Positions 48,174-62,490 of a stretch of DNA of 64,000 nucleotides are shown piece by piece (within the stretch, counting starts at the first letter, position 1; every line of letters begins with the position of its first letter). The notes beneath the pieces are model-generated. The model was not told the DNA's origin. It searched no databases and saw only the letters and a list, made by a program, of their open reading frames with translations. Made by a program: the position numbers and the translations under genes. The stretch is taken from NCBI GenBank assembly GCA_012295275.1, contig CM022677.1, positions 21,328,001 to 21,392,000 on the forward strand, read 5' to 3'. The DNA is from Chrysomallon squamiferum. Its lineage: Eukaryota > Animalia > Mollusca.

Positions 48174-50153
48174 TCAAATGTATTCCAACCTGGAAAATAG
48201 TTTTAAATAAAGAGAATAATTTAAAGATTAACTATAAATAAGTAATTATAATGACACTCACACATATGCATATATTCACACACACACAAATACACACACA
48301 CATACGTATATACAAGCACACACAGACATAGACACACGGATATAGAAACACACATACATACATACACACACAACGACAAACCAAACATACACCCACACAA
48401 AACCTCACAGACACTCAAGTACATACAGAGACACTGAAATAAAAATCATAAACAAAAACAGACAGAAAACAACACATACAAAAAGGACACACAGAGACAA
48501 ACAGACAAACATTTACCTGGCCAAAGGCGCTGATGACCTCTGAGAACGAGCGGGTAGTAGAGGTCTCTCCGGCGTCGGCGTCGACGACGACGTTGTTGTC
48601 GACACGGCTGTCACGGGACTGTACTGAGATATCGTGGAATATGGCGGCGGAGGCTCTTCCTCCCAGAAGCATGACGGGTATTCGTACGCGTACCTCCTGC
48701 CACTGTTTGGAGCAGCACCGCTGCCACTAGCACCAACAGGAACACCATTCGTTCTGATGTCAGGCGAGTCGTGTCTCCTCGCTCCCGTTGCATTCTGGGA
48801 CTCCCTTCGCGGATTGGTGGGCGTGTCTGACGGGCGTGATTGACAGGCTACTGGCGATTGGCAGGAGATGCGCGCCGCCATTCCCGGCATGCTTATCAGT
48901 CGGCCGGAAATGGCCTCGTGGTAAGATGGCGGCCGGAGCGAGGAGCGGTGAGAGGCGTTTCTGTGCAGGGACCCGCCCCCGAAGCCCGCCTCCACGTCCG
49001 TCGTGAAGCCGGGGTTGTCGCCGTAGCGAGAGTTTCTGTTTGAGTGACTCGAGGCGGAGAATATAGATCTTCTGAAAGTAATGTAATGTAAAGATGTAAT
49101 AGTGTAATGTAGTATAATGTAATAATGTAATGTAGTAGTGTAGTGTAATGATGTAGTGTAATGTAATAATGAAATGAAAGGAAAGGAAAGAAAAATAATA
49201 AAATATAAATATTTAAATTCTCTGATAAATGTGATTGATAACATTGCCACTGCTGCAATTGTTAAAATAAGTGATATGCATTGTCTTAAAATAAATGAAT
49301 CAAATGCGGGAAACACTCGAGAAATTTTTCACATTTAATATTCTTAAAAATATATTGTCACGAATTGTAGATTATCCCAATAGAATTATCAATTACGAAA
49401 ACAGTATGACGTTTCTGATAGAAGTAAAACTGTGACATCACAAACACAAATTATAAGACGACATCACATCAAATAAGACGTCACTTTTAGTAATAAATTT
49501 GTATAACATCACTAAAAAGAAATCGTGATGTCACTAAATTGATAGTAACAAAATAAATATGACATCATAAAAACAAAAACATGACGTCACTAAAATTAAA
49601 AGTACTAAATAAATAAGACGTTGTTTAGAAACAACCAAAAGCATTACGTCACTACAACCAAGACAAAAGCGTGACGTCAGATATTCATTTTTTGAAGAAA
49701 TAAAAAGTTACCTTCTTGTTCGATGACGTCTAATTTTCTGATGTGACGTCACAATGACGGTGAGCAGGATGAGCAGGGCAAACAAGAGAACTCCTCCGAG
49801 GACCCAGACAATGATTATCACAGTCTCAACTCTCACCTCTTCGCTGCTTTCCTCCACCACTTCTGTGAGTCAGAATGAATTAATTAATTAACAAATGAAT
49901 GAATGAACGAACGAACGAAAGAAATAATGGAGGAATAAATAAATTAATGGATGAATAGATAGAAGGAAGGATAAATGGAAAAATGAATGGGTGGACGGAT
50001 TCATGGATAAATTAATGGATGAATGACTGATATGTAGAAAAAAGAATGAATGAATTGCTTGGATTTAATTCTGATTAATGATTTATGTACAGTTTCACTT
50101 CAAAAGACGTCGGCAAAACGGCATATCTATTTAAAATAATAAATTCTCATTTC

Positions 50154-50184
<31 letters not shown>

Positions 50185-51079
50185 CACAAGATGAATGGAA
50201 AATAGAATGGGTTTTTTTCTGAGACTTAAACGAAACTTACCCGATGTGCACTTTTCTATGAATGTTCCGTTCCACTGGCGGTTTGCCATGCAGCGTAAGA
50301 CGGCGATTGTCTCGTTTTCGCACAGCACGTGCACCAGCGAGCCAATCGTCTGACTCGGCGAACTCAGAGCGATGTGCGCAGGCGTACTGGCGTCTAGCAA
50401 CGCGGGACACAGTTCTGAAAAACATACGATAAAAAGTTTGAAATCTAACTGTCTTAGCGAACCGTTCTTTGTTTTGTTCTTTCTTCATCTTTTTTATTTA
50501 TTTATTTTTTTTATTTTTTTTATTTTTTTTTATTATTATTATTAAGTTGTTTTTTAATTATTATTATTTAATTATTTATTAATTTTTTTTTTTTAAATTT
50601 TTTCGTTTTTATATATAAAATTATTACCGTCTAATATACTTTAATATAAGAATATTTTACCTTTTTTTTTTTTCTTACTTTTAAATTAAAAAACTAAATT
50701 ATTTATAAAATAGAAATTAATTAGATTATACGTTTTTAATATATAAAAAAAAAATACATATTAAAAAGCTCAAAAAGTAATAAATATACATTTATTTTAT
50801 TTTTCTTTAAATAATACCATTAAGAAAACTATTTCGACTTTTAAATATAAAGGTAATAAAAATTTATAATACAGTTTAGGAAGAAAACATTACATGAAGA
50901 GAAAATTATACAAAATATATTTTAGTTCTATTTTAAAAATAATTAAAATTACTTTTTTAATCATTTACAACATAAAATTACAGACGATCATAACTTTACG
51001 TTCTTTTAAAATATATATATATATATATATATTTTAACTATTTTACTTCACATCATAAAAAAATCTCACCAATTTCCAT
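48174..51079 (-). CDS. Single sushi (CCP) domain, single-pass membrane protein with cytoplasmic PPxY motifs; SUSD6/SUSD3-like, ~301 aa
   Basis: Minus-strand exons: 51079-51070 (ATG GAA ATT G|gtgaga); 50414-50241 (LCPALL...VHVLC...LRCMANRQWNGTFIEKC, 4 Cys + Trp sushi pattern, sequons NET and NGT); 49862-49712 (TM VIIIVWVLGGVLLFALLILLTVIV followed by basic KIRRHR); 49071-48517 (PPSY, PPPPY); 48189-48174 (RLEYI-stop). All phases join in frame, 906 nt total. The first and last mini-exons are less certain than the middle three. Confidence 0.82.
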
Positions 51080-51271
51080 TCTCCCTCAAGTTTAGAAAAA
51101 AACCCACACAATTTATTACAACTGTGTTCGAGAATTCTTAACACGCCAGTACAATTCCACCACTAATCGAATACATCCCAACTAGAACTGAAAACGAGTC
51201 GCACAAACAAACTCTATAAAAAATAGTTCTGCTCTTTTCCGTTAACCGCGACGACGCACACAACTCGACTC

Positions 51272-51277
51272 GACTGA
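51272..51277 (-). promoter_or_regulatory. Initiator-like TCAGTC, candidate TSS of the sushi-domain gene
   Basis: Minus-strand TCAGTC ~195 nt upstream of ATG 51079, within a CpG-retaining segment (~51200-51700). Confidence 0.35.
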
Positions 51278-52308
51278 GCGTCCCGAAATGACAAGTGTGG
51301 CTATTGTCAGTTTCCAGCCAGCAAAAATTAACATAAACCAGCAGATCTGCGATAAGGAATTAAAACTACAAAGTTCACTTAAACGCTACGATCGAACTCT
51401 CTCTCTCTGTCTCTCTCTGAATCGCGCCTCGTTCCTAACAGAAACAATCTCTCCTCCACCCGCATCTGCGTCCCAAATGTCAGTCGTAGAGCTCGCGCAT
51501 CTGTCACGTGCGCTCGGGGGGGAAATTACAACATTTAATTGACGTCTGCTACGCGCGTGTTCTCCAGAATCTTCCAGAATATTTTTACGCATTTATTACT
51601 CGCTGTCCTCTCCGCATCCTGTGATTTCCAGTGATCGTCTTTATTCTCCGAGCAAGATGAACGGAAAACGATTCCGATTCGACCGTTTGTTGTTTCTGCA
51701 TTTCAAAGAATAAGACAGGAGTCTGCCTGCTGGCGATTTAATTGCCAAAAGACTGGGATAATTACAAATATGCGTTTAAACCAATCAACCATCATCTACT
51801 CTCGTCCTCTCTCTCTGTCTCTGTCTCTGTCTCGTAATTATTAAAACCAATCGGAACACATCTCTTAAAGCTTAAATCTTCCTATTTCGGGTTGTTTTAT
51901 TTCAAAGATATTTCGGTTTGTTATTTTTCTTTTTCAAAGATTTGTGTGTTCGCGGTGTTATTGTAATTAATATGGAAGTTATTTTTTTTATTTTTATTTT
52001 TTTCTAATTTAGAGTTATGCGGGAAATTAAAAAAAAAATAATAATAATAAAAGAAATTACTTCGTTTATTTATTTTTTTTCAATCATAATTCTGTTACTC
52101 CTTCCTGCTTTATTTCATTTTTTTATTTTTTTCTTACCTTATTTACTGATTGATTGATTCATTTATTATCATCATCATAATCATCATTATTATCATTATC
52201 TTTGTTATTATTTTATTTCAGACACACACTCGGTAAACATTTGATCTTCTAAAGTTTCTCTCTCTCTCTCTCTCTCCATATCTCTCGCTTTTTCTCTCTC
52301 TCTCGCCA

Positions 52309-52375
<67 letters not shown>

Positions 52376-52405
52376 CTCCATCTCCCCCGTCTCTGTCCCT
52401 CTCCC

Positions 52406-52481
<76 letters not shown>

Positions 52482-52491
52482 TCTCTCGCTT

Positions 52492-52597
<106 letters not shown>

Positions 52598-52645
52598 TCT
52601 CTCGCTTTCTCTGTCTCTTTCATTCTCTATCTCTCACTCTCTCTT

Positions 52646-52715
<70 letters not shown>

Positions 52716-53390
52716 TATAATAAGAATTAAAATGTTTCGTCATTTGTAGTAATTATGTTTGTTTTTGTTTTTCATACTTTCTTTCAGTTCTTTTGTGCTT
52801 TTTTTTTTTTTTTTTTTTTTGGAGGATATAACTTCGAGGGAGGAGGGCGGACTCAAGAAATCAAGAAACATTTTAGTATCAGTTAAAACAGCGGCCACAA
52901 AAAGTCAAAACATAAAAAAAAAAAAAAAAAACATTCTTTAAAAATTCTGGAAACGTCCGTTAACGAGAGGCAAATCAGGAAAACATAACTCTGCTTTTTA
53001 TGCCATTATAAATAATCCCATCGTCTGCAATTTAAATAATGCAATTACCTCCTCTTTGACGGGTCACGTGACACGCAGAGGACAGTTAGGGGAAATTTGA
53101 TTGTAATTAAATAAAAATCTCAGCGCTGCTCTCGTCAGCATACTGCTGACGTTCAGTTTCTGTTATTGCATAAGCGTTAATGTCCTTATTTTATTATTGT
53201 TGTGGGCGATTTTCGTTTTAAATTGGGTGCGTAATTGCAATGGCGGCTGCCGCATTTTTCATGGGCGGCAAAAGAGAGAGAGAGAGAGAGAGACAAAGAG
53301 ACAAATGGTGCATAAATTTGCATATTTATTTATACAGAACTATTTATTTGTTTGTCTCTCTGCTTATTTAGTCATTTACTTTTCTCTTTT

Positions 53391-53427
<37 letters not shown>

Positions 53428-53569
53428 TACACACACAAAATTTATTTTTCTGTTGGAAAAATGTGTTGTTGTTGTTGTTGTTGTTGTTGTTATTTTTATC
53501 ATAATCATCTTCATCATCATTATCATTATTGTCATAGATATTATTATTATTATTATATTTATTATATTA

Positions 53570-53601
<32 letters not shown>

Positions 53602-54188
53602 TACTACTACTACTACTACGATAACGACGACGACTACAACCACCACAACATTTAGACATTTATATTATTATCAGGACTGGTTTATGTTTGCACAAACTAC
53701 ACAAATACCAACAAACACGCACACGCACACATTCACACACACACACACACAGACATACATATTAACAAAATTAAAAACAACAATCCTTTCGCCACAACTA
53801 CGGGAAGGACAAACGGGCGAGCACGACAACGTCAACTACTACCACGTTAACTGCAACGACCTCTCATCTTACTGAAAGAAAAACCCGTTAGTCCTAACTC
53901 GCGTTCCGTTCCGCTTCCCAATCGCACAAAAAATTCGCCTGTCATTGTTGTTGTAGCACGCGCTGGCTCGTGCCCCCGTCACGCGCAGATGTTTGTTCAG
54001 CGAGGAGAGACAAAGAAATGGAGACAGGAGAATCGGATATTAATCTGTGAAAAACGGGAGCATCGCAGGATCAAACGAGAGATACTCGAACCGGCGAGCT
54101 GAAGGAGCGAAAATCTAGGTGGGGGTGTGTCGTAGAGGGGAGGGGGGGGTGATCGTTTTTTTTTTTAATAATCGATTCGATGGGAGTT

Positions 54189-54248
<60 letters not shown>

Positions 54249-56076
54249 TAGGTGTGTGTCGTCTTCAAATTCTTAATTAAATTATTTTCATATCTGAAAA
54301 CTCTATCAACTCCAAAAGTATCATGACGCGCTCTCCACCCCCACCCCCACCACCCCGCCCCACCCCGCTACTTTCAGAAAGTCTAGACCCGCCCCTGAAG
54401 TGTAATCAGAAACACAGGCACTAATGATGCGGAGCAAAGAAATGCACGTGAATTTAACGCCCGCGTGTGCTCCTCTCTTTAAATATCTCCGTATTGACAG
54501 AGCGAGTCTAAATTCATTACTTGTGCACAGTTCTCGGGAAACAAATGTTTGATTTGTTTTCTTTTCCTGCCTGTAAATTCTCGTCTGATTCAATATTAAT
54601 TAGAAAAAACAAAGACGGTAACCCGCATGATTTTTTTCACTGAAGTGATTTCGGAGTATAAAAATTTTGATGAAGAAAAAAGAGGAAATATGAACAAAAA
54701 AGAAAAAAAAAAACAAAAAAAACAGACCTGTTTATATCATCACTATTCAATCAAGTATTTTATTGAAGGAACGAAAGAAAGAAAGGGAAAAAAAAAAAAA
54801 AAAAAAAAAAAAAAAGAAAGAAAGGAAAAGAAAGGGGAAAAAAAAGAAAGAAATTAAAGCGAGGAATGAAAAAAAAGAAAGAAATTAAAGCAAGGAATGA
54901 AAAAAAAGAAAAAAAAAAAAGAAAGAAAGAAAGAAAGGAAAAAGTAAAAGAAAAAAACAGAAAAAGAAATTGAAAGAAAAAAAAGTAAAGAAAGAAAAGA
55001 ACGAAAGAAAGCAAGGAAAGAAGAAGAAGGAAGGAAATAAAAAAATAAAGACGAAATAAAAACTGTAGAAAAGAACATAAACTTTTTAAATCAACGAATT
55101 CTTTGGTTCGTTCTCCGTTTCTCTTCCGTCAAGTGTAACAAATCTATTTTTAGTAACAAAAAACCAAAAAAAAAACCAAGCACAATTCGCAAACAGATGT
55201 AACGTCTTGAAAACCGTACCGAAACGTTATTTATAGTAACAGCTGATCTTCAGATGAAACAAGTCGCGGAGTTCACGAATCCACATCTGTTACGATTTTA
55301 ACCAGATCACTTCATGTTCTGACGCTAAAAGAGATTCGCGTTGTTAATCTCGAAGGGACAAACGGTCGAGCGTTTGTCTTAATTGGCGGTGTGTTCTCGG
55401 TTCATTGTGGATCTTCGCGGCAATTCACCCCGTCCTCAATTCAACGATAGCGGGTTGACCGTAAACATGACTGATTACTCCTGTGTCACAATTAATTTGA
55501 TAATTCAAACATGGGGTATTCACGTCTGCCTGCCAGTACAAAAGTTGTCTGCCCCTAGATACACACTTGTTTTTTTTTTTTTTTTTTAAACAGTGAGACT
55601 CGGGGAAAAACGTTTTAAGTGAAAAGCGATCAGTTCATGTCCAGTTGAAATTGGTGTTATTAATTTTTAAATCTGTCACAGCATGGGGGCAAAGGGGACG
55701 GAGGGGAGGGTCAGTTTCTGTTTCAGCCTTTGTCCGGAGTTCGGCACCCCATGCCCGTGTGGTCAAGCTGGACATTGTCCGTTTTCTTTTATGGTTTGAC
55801 AAAATGCTGTAAGTCAGAGAAAAGGCACGCGCCTTGTTTGCAAAGCGAACATAAATATTACAAATATCAGAATGCTAGAAAGAAGACAATAATATAAAGA
55901 CAACTGGCCTTATAATAAATAAATGAATAAATTTGAACAGTTGTTTTGTTTTTGTTTTAAATATTTGTCACTGTATTTGAAAGATAACGAACCTACTTCA
56001 CTACAAAACAACATTTAACACTAAGTAACATTCACTAAATATTAATTTGAAAACCCTAAATATCATTAAGTTTTAC

Positions 56077-56134
<58 letters not shown>

Positions 56135-56182
56135 GGTGTTGTTGTTGTTGTTGTTCTTTTTGTTGTTGATTACACAGTTGAA

Positions 56183-56215
<33 letters not shown>

Positions 56216-57115
56216 TGTAATAGTAGTGGCAGCAGCAGCAGTAGTAGTAGTAGTAGTAACAATAATATGAACCTAGAATTCACAACTTCAATAACAACAA
56301 GGACAACAACACCTACAACAACTACAACAACAACAATAGGAAGACGAGAATGACTAACAATAAAACACACAGTTTTGTTATAATCTCTTGAGAATACGAA
56401 AAGAAATTACGTCGCCAATCTAATAGTCCGTTTAAATCCCTTTATCTTTTTTTCTTGAAACTATATACGTCTGTGTTACATGAACCAGGGCATTAACACG
56501 CAATTTGTCCCGCTATTTAATTATAAACAAAAGAATTAAAACCAATATGTCACTCTTAAGTGTCACATTTTTAACTCTCTCTGTTTCACAAAACAATACA
56601 GCTAATTAAAAAAGATAAAACGTAGTGCGGTGCTGCTGTCAGACATGGTGGAAAACCAAAAACAAAGAAGAACGTCGCCATTACTCATCGACGCGTCATC
56701 GCAAAAGTGATGAAACAGAATGCCACGTTTTTCGACATTGTTCAAACAAGAGTAGAGGTTGGGATTTTATTTCGTTTAAATTTTATTTAGCGCCCGTGAT
56801 GATAATCAGCGACGATAAAAGTGCGATGAATCACGGGGTATGAAAACAGAACAAAAAATAAAAGAAGACATTTTTCAACGTCTGCTTCGGAAATGACGAA
56901 GTGATGCTAGGGATTAGCAGACGTTTCTGTTTACATCGCAAAATAATAATACACGATTAAAAATAATTAGAAAGTTAATTAATTATTTAATCTACAAAAA
57001 AAGTGTGTTAATACCAGTAAAAATCTGTTCTGTCAAAATATCAGTTACAATAATGTCCCGTCGATGATGGTAATAATGATAATAGTAATAACAATAACGA
57101 TAATAATAATAGTTG

Positions 57116-57178
<63 letters not shown>

Positions 57179-58579
57179 GTCTCTCTCTCTCTCTCTCTTT
57201 CGTTTGCTTAATTTTATTCATTTACTTATTTTCTTACAAATTGATTTACTTATTCATTGATATTATTTAATTTTAATCATTTATTCAGTTAATAAGTCAG
57301 TTATTCGTTCGTTTATTTATTTATTTTTTATTACATTCTGTCGCATATGGTCGATTACATACATTAACAAATATTCCTCTCTTTTTTTTTTTTATGTTCT
57401 CTTCTCATTTTCAAATTACAGCATTAATATCGCGATAGAATTTCATTCATTGTTATTTACATCCAGGTTTCACGCCTCTTAACAATATACTGCGTACCTC
57501 GGTGTTTGTTGTTAGTCACAAAATCAACGCGATCAATACCAGGGGGTGAACACATCACATCTGCTCTCCGTAACCCCCCCATCCAAGAACCATTCCCCCC
57601 ACCAGTCTTCGCTCCTTTTGTATTAACCCATCAAACCATTTGTTTCGTTTTAACAAAGACCCGTTATTTGCCTCCTTAAGTTCACACGAATGTTTAACCA
57701 CCCATAGAACTACTCGCGTGCTGCAAAGGGGCTTCGGGAGAGGGAGGTGGAGAGGGGAGGGCATCGCTGAATTTTTAAACCATTGTCTTTCTCCCAAACT
57801 GAGAAAGATGACGTCTGTTCTCCCTAAAGGCCCGAGGTGACGTCATCAGCAATATTTCATTTTTTTTTTTTTTCTCAGATCGCCACGCGAAACCCTTTGC
57901 AACGTAAAAACAATGAAAGGGTCAAAGGTTACGAGATCCGGGTATATCTGGAGGGTTTTGTCAAACGATGTCGTGCTCGTGCGCTTTTTTTTTTTTTTTT
58001 TTTCAGATCAGACTGGGCTTCCGTTATTTTGGCACATGACAGAAACGATGCACGTGCATTTTTCCCCCCGCTGTCGTTTCTCCCCGAGAGACAATTATGC
58101 GCGCGTGCGTTTAAGTTTTAATGGTTTCTGGCAGATTCCTAATTTTTGCTGATCATACTTCGAAGTTGTAAGCTGACAGAATAATACTCCCCTATCTCAG
58201 TTTATCCTCTTCATCTTTTACATTTATCGATTACTGACGAAATAATTATTTTTAATAATTTAATAACCGTGAAATCAAGATTCGAAATTAGCGTCAGTTC
58301 ATCAGTCAGAGCGTGCACTCTGACGAGAAAACACAGAAAGTTTAATGTTTGAAGAAGTGAAAAAAAGATTAGAAGTTTCGTTAAGCTGTGTGTGATAAAA
58401 ACGAATAATACAGAAGCAAAATACAACAAAATGAAATAATTATTTATTTAATAAAATGATATAAAATAAAATCATTTTTATAAATAAATTAATTAATTAA
58501 TTGATAAAAACGATAAACATAGAAACCAAACTAAAAGTAAAATAAAATAAATTTTACAAATAAATATAAATTTCTTCCT

Positions 58580-58690
58580 GTCTTCACTGCATTTGGGATT
58601 TGATCCGACAAACTTCCACGCTGCAGGCGCACATTCGTCTCGAGCTCATTAATTCAAAATACAGGCAAAAACCACTGAGCCGTGACCTCG
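58580..58690 (-). mobile_element. Degenerate tRNA-derived SINE-like head
   Basis: Minus strand has A-box-like CACGGCTCAGTGGT and B-box-like GGATCAAATCCC, with non-tRNA spacing. Confidence 0.35.
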
Positions 58691-58941
58691 TTATTTCGAA
58701 GTCTGAGAATGACAGGAGCATGATTAAATGCTTTGACGTTTTTTCAGGCTTTGTGTTAAGCTAAAATTATTGTCTTTAAAATTGTGAGCCAGTATACTGA
58801 CAACTTTTCTGTCAGTTATGGTATCCGTTAATAATGGCACTGTCCGAAAATTTATTTCCCAAACAAAAAAGAAAAAAGAATTAGTTATCTGGTTTGTAAA
58901 TTGTTTAAATTTTGTGCTTGGCAGAATATTGTCGAGAAAAT

Positions 58942-59045
<104 letters not shown>

Positions 59046-59967
59046 TTTAAGTACAGTGTTAGCAATAATAGTAATAACAGTATCAGTATTAATAATAATA
59101 GACATTACTGATTCATTCATTCATTCATTCGTTTAATATTCCTTCTCTGAAACAACAACAACAAAAAAAGGTGCTTTTCTTTGCTTCATTCAGAATAATT
59201 CCACTGAAAACCAGTCGCTTCTAAAAACTGTACTGCTATTTTAAAAAAGGAAAGAAAAGAAAGAAAAAGAAATGGAGGAAACAATTATAAATCCAGTTCA
59301 AACAAATTGTTGCCAAAGACTGAGTAGACTACCACGGAAGAGGAAGCTGTGTTACGTCACGTTCGTTAATCGCCGTAAATCAACCCACAGTTACGTCATA
59401 CTTGGTTACGAGTTAAGTTGTGTCTATTATTACGTCATGTGAAGTGTTGTTTACGTTCGTAAATCTTATAATGTTAATCGGCTTAGGCAGAACCGTGCTA
59501 GGATCGGGGGTGGGGTAGTTTGGCGTTAATTTCTGTCCATCCTGGATGGAATTAACACAAGGCGTGAGGTACTGAAAAGCCGGACATGTCCAGTTTGGAA
59601 GTGTTAACAGATTAAAGAGGTGTGAAATACTGAAAGATGTGTTCCCACTGAGAAATCCTGAGCGATTTAATATTTATTGTTATTGTTATTGTTATTTTAT
59701 TGTTATTGTTATTTTTGTTTATTAGCCTGTTTATTTCTTGTTTGTAGCAATAGTACTAGTAGTAGTAGTAGTAGCAGAAGTGGCAATAGTAACGGTAATA
59801 TTAATAGTATTAGTAGTAGAAGATGTGGCATTAGAAGTAATGTGTTCTGTGTTGTTGTTACTACTACTACTACTGCTACTCATCATCATTATAACGTCAC
59901 CATTCCTGTTATTACTAAAACCGCTGTTGTTAAAACAATTACTAAAATTAATAACACTACATGATCA

Positions 59968-60388
59968 TCACATTACCACAACTATTGATGCCCGCACACA
60001 TAAACACACACACACACACACACACACATGTACGCACATACGTAATTTGTTGAAGGTTGGTAGCATTAAAATTAAGTACATTAAAAAATAAATCGTGTAA
60101 ATAAATTTAATAAATTAATAATAATCGTTAATGTAACGTAACAGTAATAATAAGAAGAAGAAGAAAGAAAGAAGAATGAAAGGATACATTACCACAACTA
60201 TTGATGCCCGCACACACACACACACACATGTACGTACATACGTAATTTGTTGAAGGTTGGTAGCATTAAAATTATCTACATTAAAAAATAAATCGTGTAA
60301 ATAAATTTAATAAATTAATAATAATCGTTAATGTAACGTAACAGGTAATAATAATAAGAAGAAGAAAGAAAGAAGAATGAAAGGATAC
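59968..60388 (+). repeat. Recent ~210-bp tandem duplication
   Basis: ACATTACCACAACTATTGATGCCCGCAC...GAAGAATGAAAGGATAC present twice, nearly identical. Confidence 0.9.
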
Positions 60389-60718
60389 CGAACCGGCCCC
60401 TCCCCAACCCCACCCAACCCCTCCCCATAACAAATGAGGAGTAGATTATTCTAATTCACAGCTCCGGATCTGTCCTCAAAATATTTCTTTCAAAGACGCA
60501 GTCAACCGTAGCGGACTAGTGATCCGCGAATACGGAGGCCAGGTATTAATTTACCTGTACGATATGAGAGCGGCGACCTGTGTAAACAGTGTCACGTGTG
60601 TGTCAGGTATTTAGCGGCGCGCTGCAGGTGAGATAATTAAGTTATTAGAACATTCCTGTACGTCTCGATCACCTGAGAAATTTACAGACAGACAAGAGAG
60701 AAAGGCAGAGAGAGATAC

Positions 60719-60830
<112 letters not shown>

Positions 60831-62259
60831 CAAAAAAAAATTGCGAGAGAATAGAAAACAAAAATAAATAAACCGATTTAAAAGACAGTAAACGAAAAGA
60901 GAAAATAAATATCGAGTAAGAGATAGAAAAAGACAGGGACGAATGAAAGAAACAGACAGACAGAGGAGATATGAGTGATATTTATACATTATTTTAGAAA
61001 GAAAGAAAAATAATGAGGTAAGACTCCAAAACGAAAATAAATAAAACAAAAATAAATACACTTCGGCCATCCAATGAGATAAGCTTTTATTTCACCCGTT
61101 AATAAAAATGTCACTTACAACAAAGAGATGACTTCATCAGTGGTCACCGTGTGACGTCATGCTCTTTGTAAAACTCGTGACGTCAGCGGCGTGTAGAACG
61201 CTAACTATTAATTCGTTGTTAATGACGAAAGATGAGTCAGAGAAATTTCTCGAACACAAAGAAAAGTGATCAGCGACCACTAATTTCTTAGTGTCGTCTG
61301 CCAGTTTCCCGCCTTCTGCTGATTTCCCGCTGCTGAGCGAAACAGCGCGTGCGATACCACGCCTGTGTGATTTTTCGGTTCGCCGGATGGAAGGTCATCG
61401 TGGAACAATTATTTTGAAAGGTCACAAATTTCCATTGTCCACAGATTTTTATGACTGTTCTGTGAATTTGCTGTTTATATGCATCTCTTGAGGATGCTGT
61501 TATCATCATCGACATCGTCATCATTATCATTGTTATTGTTATCATTATTATATCTTTCTTTCTTCTTCTTTTCTTTCTTTCTTTCTTCGTAAATAAATAT
61601 TTTGTAACGATTGTAGTATTGAAACAATAATAGAAACAAAATAATAATAATAATAATGATAATGGGGAAGAAGAATAAAATATTAATCACAAATTTTAAT
61701 ATGTAGATAACGCTGTGTTTCTGTTTTGTCTTATATTAAGTTTTCTCTGAGCCACAAAATCTATGCGCTTGCGCGGTCAAGAAATCAACATCTGCGAGCG
61801 CGCGTGCGCGTGCATGTGCGTGTGCGTGTGTGTGTTTAATTACAAACATATGGTGAGTCTTACTGGCGGTAATAAAATGTTGGGTTTTTAAACAAAAAGA
61901 AATTATCATGACGATGTTAATGTTATTACTACTACTACGGCAACTCCTGCCGCTCCATCAACTACTACTACTATTACTGTTACCACTGCTACTACAACAA
62001 CTGTTCCTATTACTTCTACTGTTACTACTACTATCAATACTGTTGTTGTTGTTGGTGGTGTTTGTTTGTTTCTCTCTCGCTTTAACCTGCTTAAGAAATA
62101 TTTGTTACAATATACACGCATTTAACCATTAACTTACAAAACTTTCTACATTAACCCAGAATTTAGGAAACTAACATATGGCACAAAACGACACGTAGAC
62201 GATTTAAACCCTTAAAAAAACTCGACTTTGAAAAGCTATCACCAAGCTTTTGAAAGCGA

Positions 62260-62490
62260 GAAGCGCAGACTGCACATTCAAGTACTCGAACCAGCAGACG
62301 TACACAGCCGCCATTTTGAAATTAATCAACGTCTCCTGTGCTCGAAAGATAAGAAAAACAAACATCTGGGATGTGCTTGGAGAACACGATATTTAAGGCT
62401 CTCCTTTCATATGACATTCCTGACACAGACGTAGGTCAGTGTCCGAGTGATCAAGTACGCCGCCAGATGGCAGGTCGCGATCCTCCGGGC
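62260..62490. promoter_or_regulatory. Promoter/insulator-like element with YY1 and CTCF-like motifs
   Basis: GCCGCCATTTTG at 62307-62318 (YY1 consensus) and CCGCCAGATGGCAG at 62460-62473 (CTCF core-like), in CpG-retaining sequence. Confidence 0.4.
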
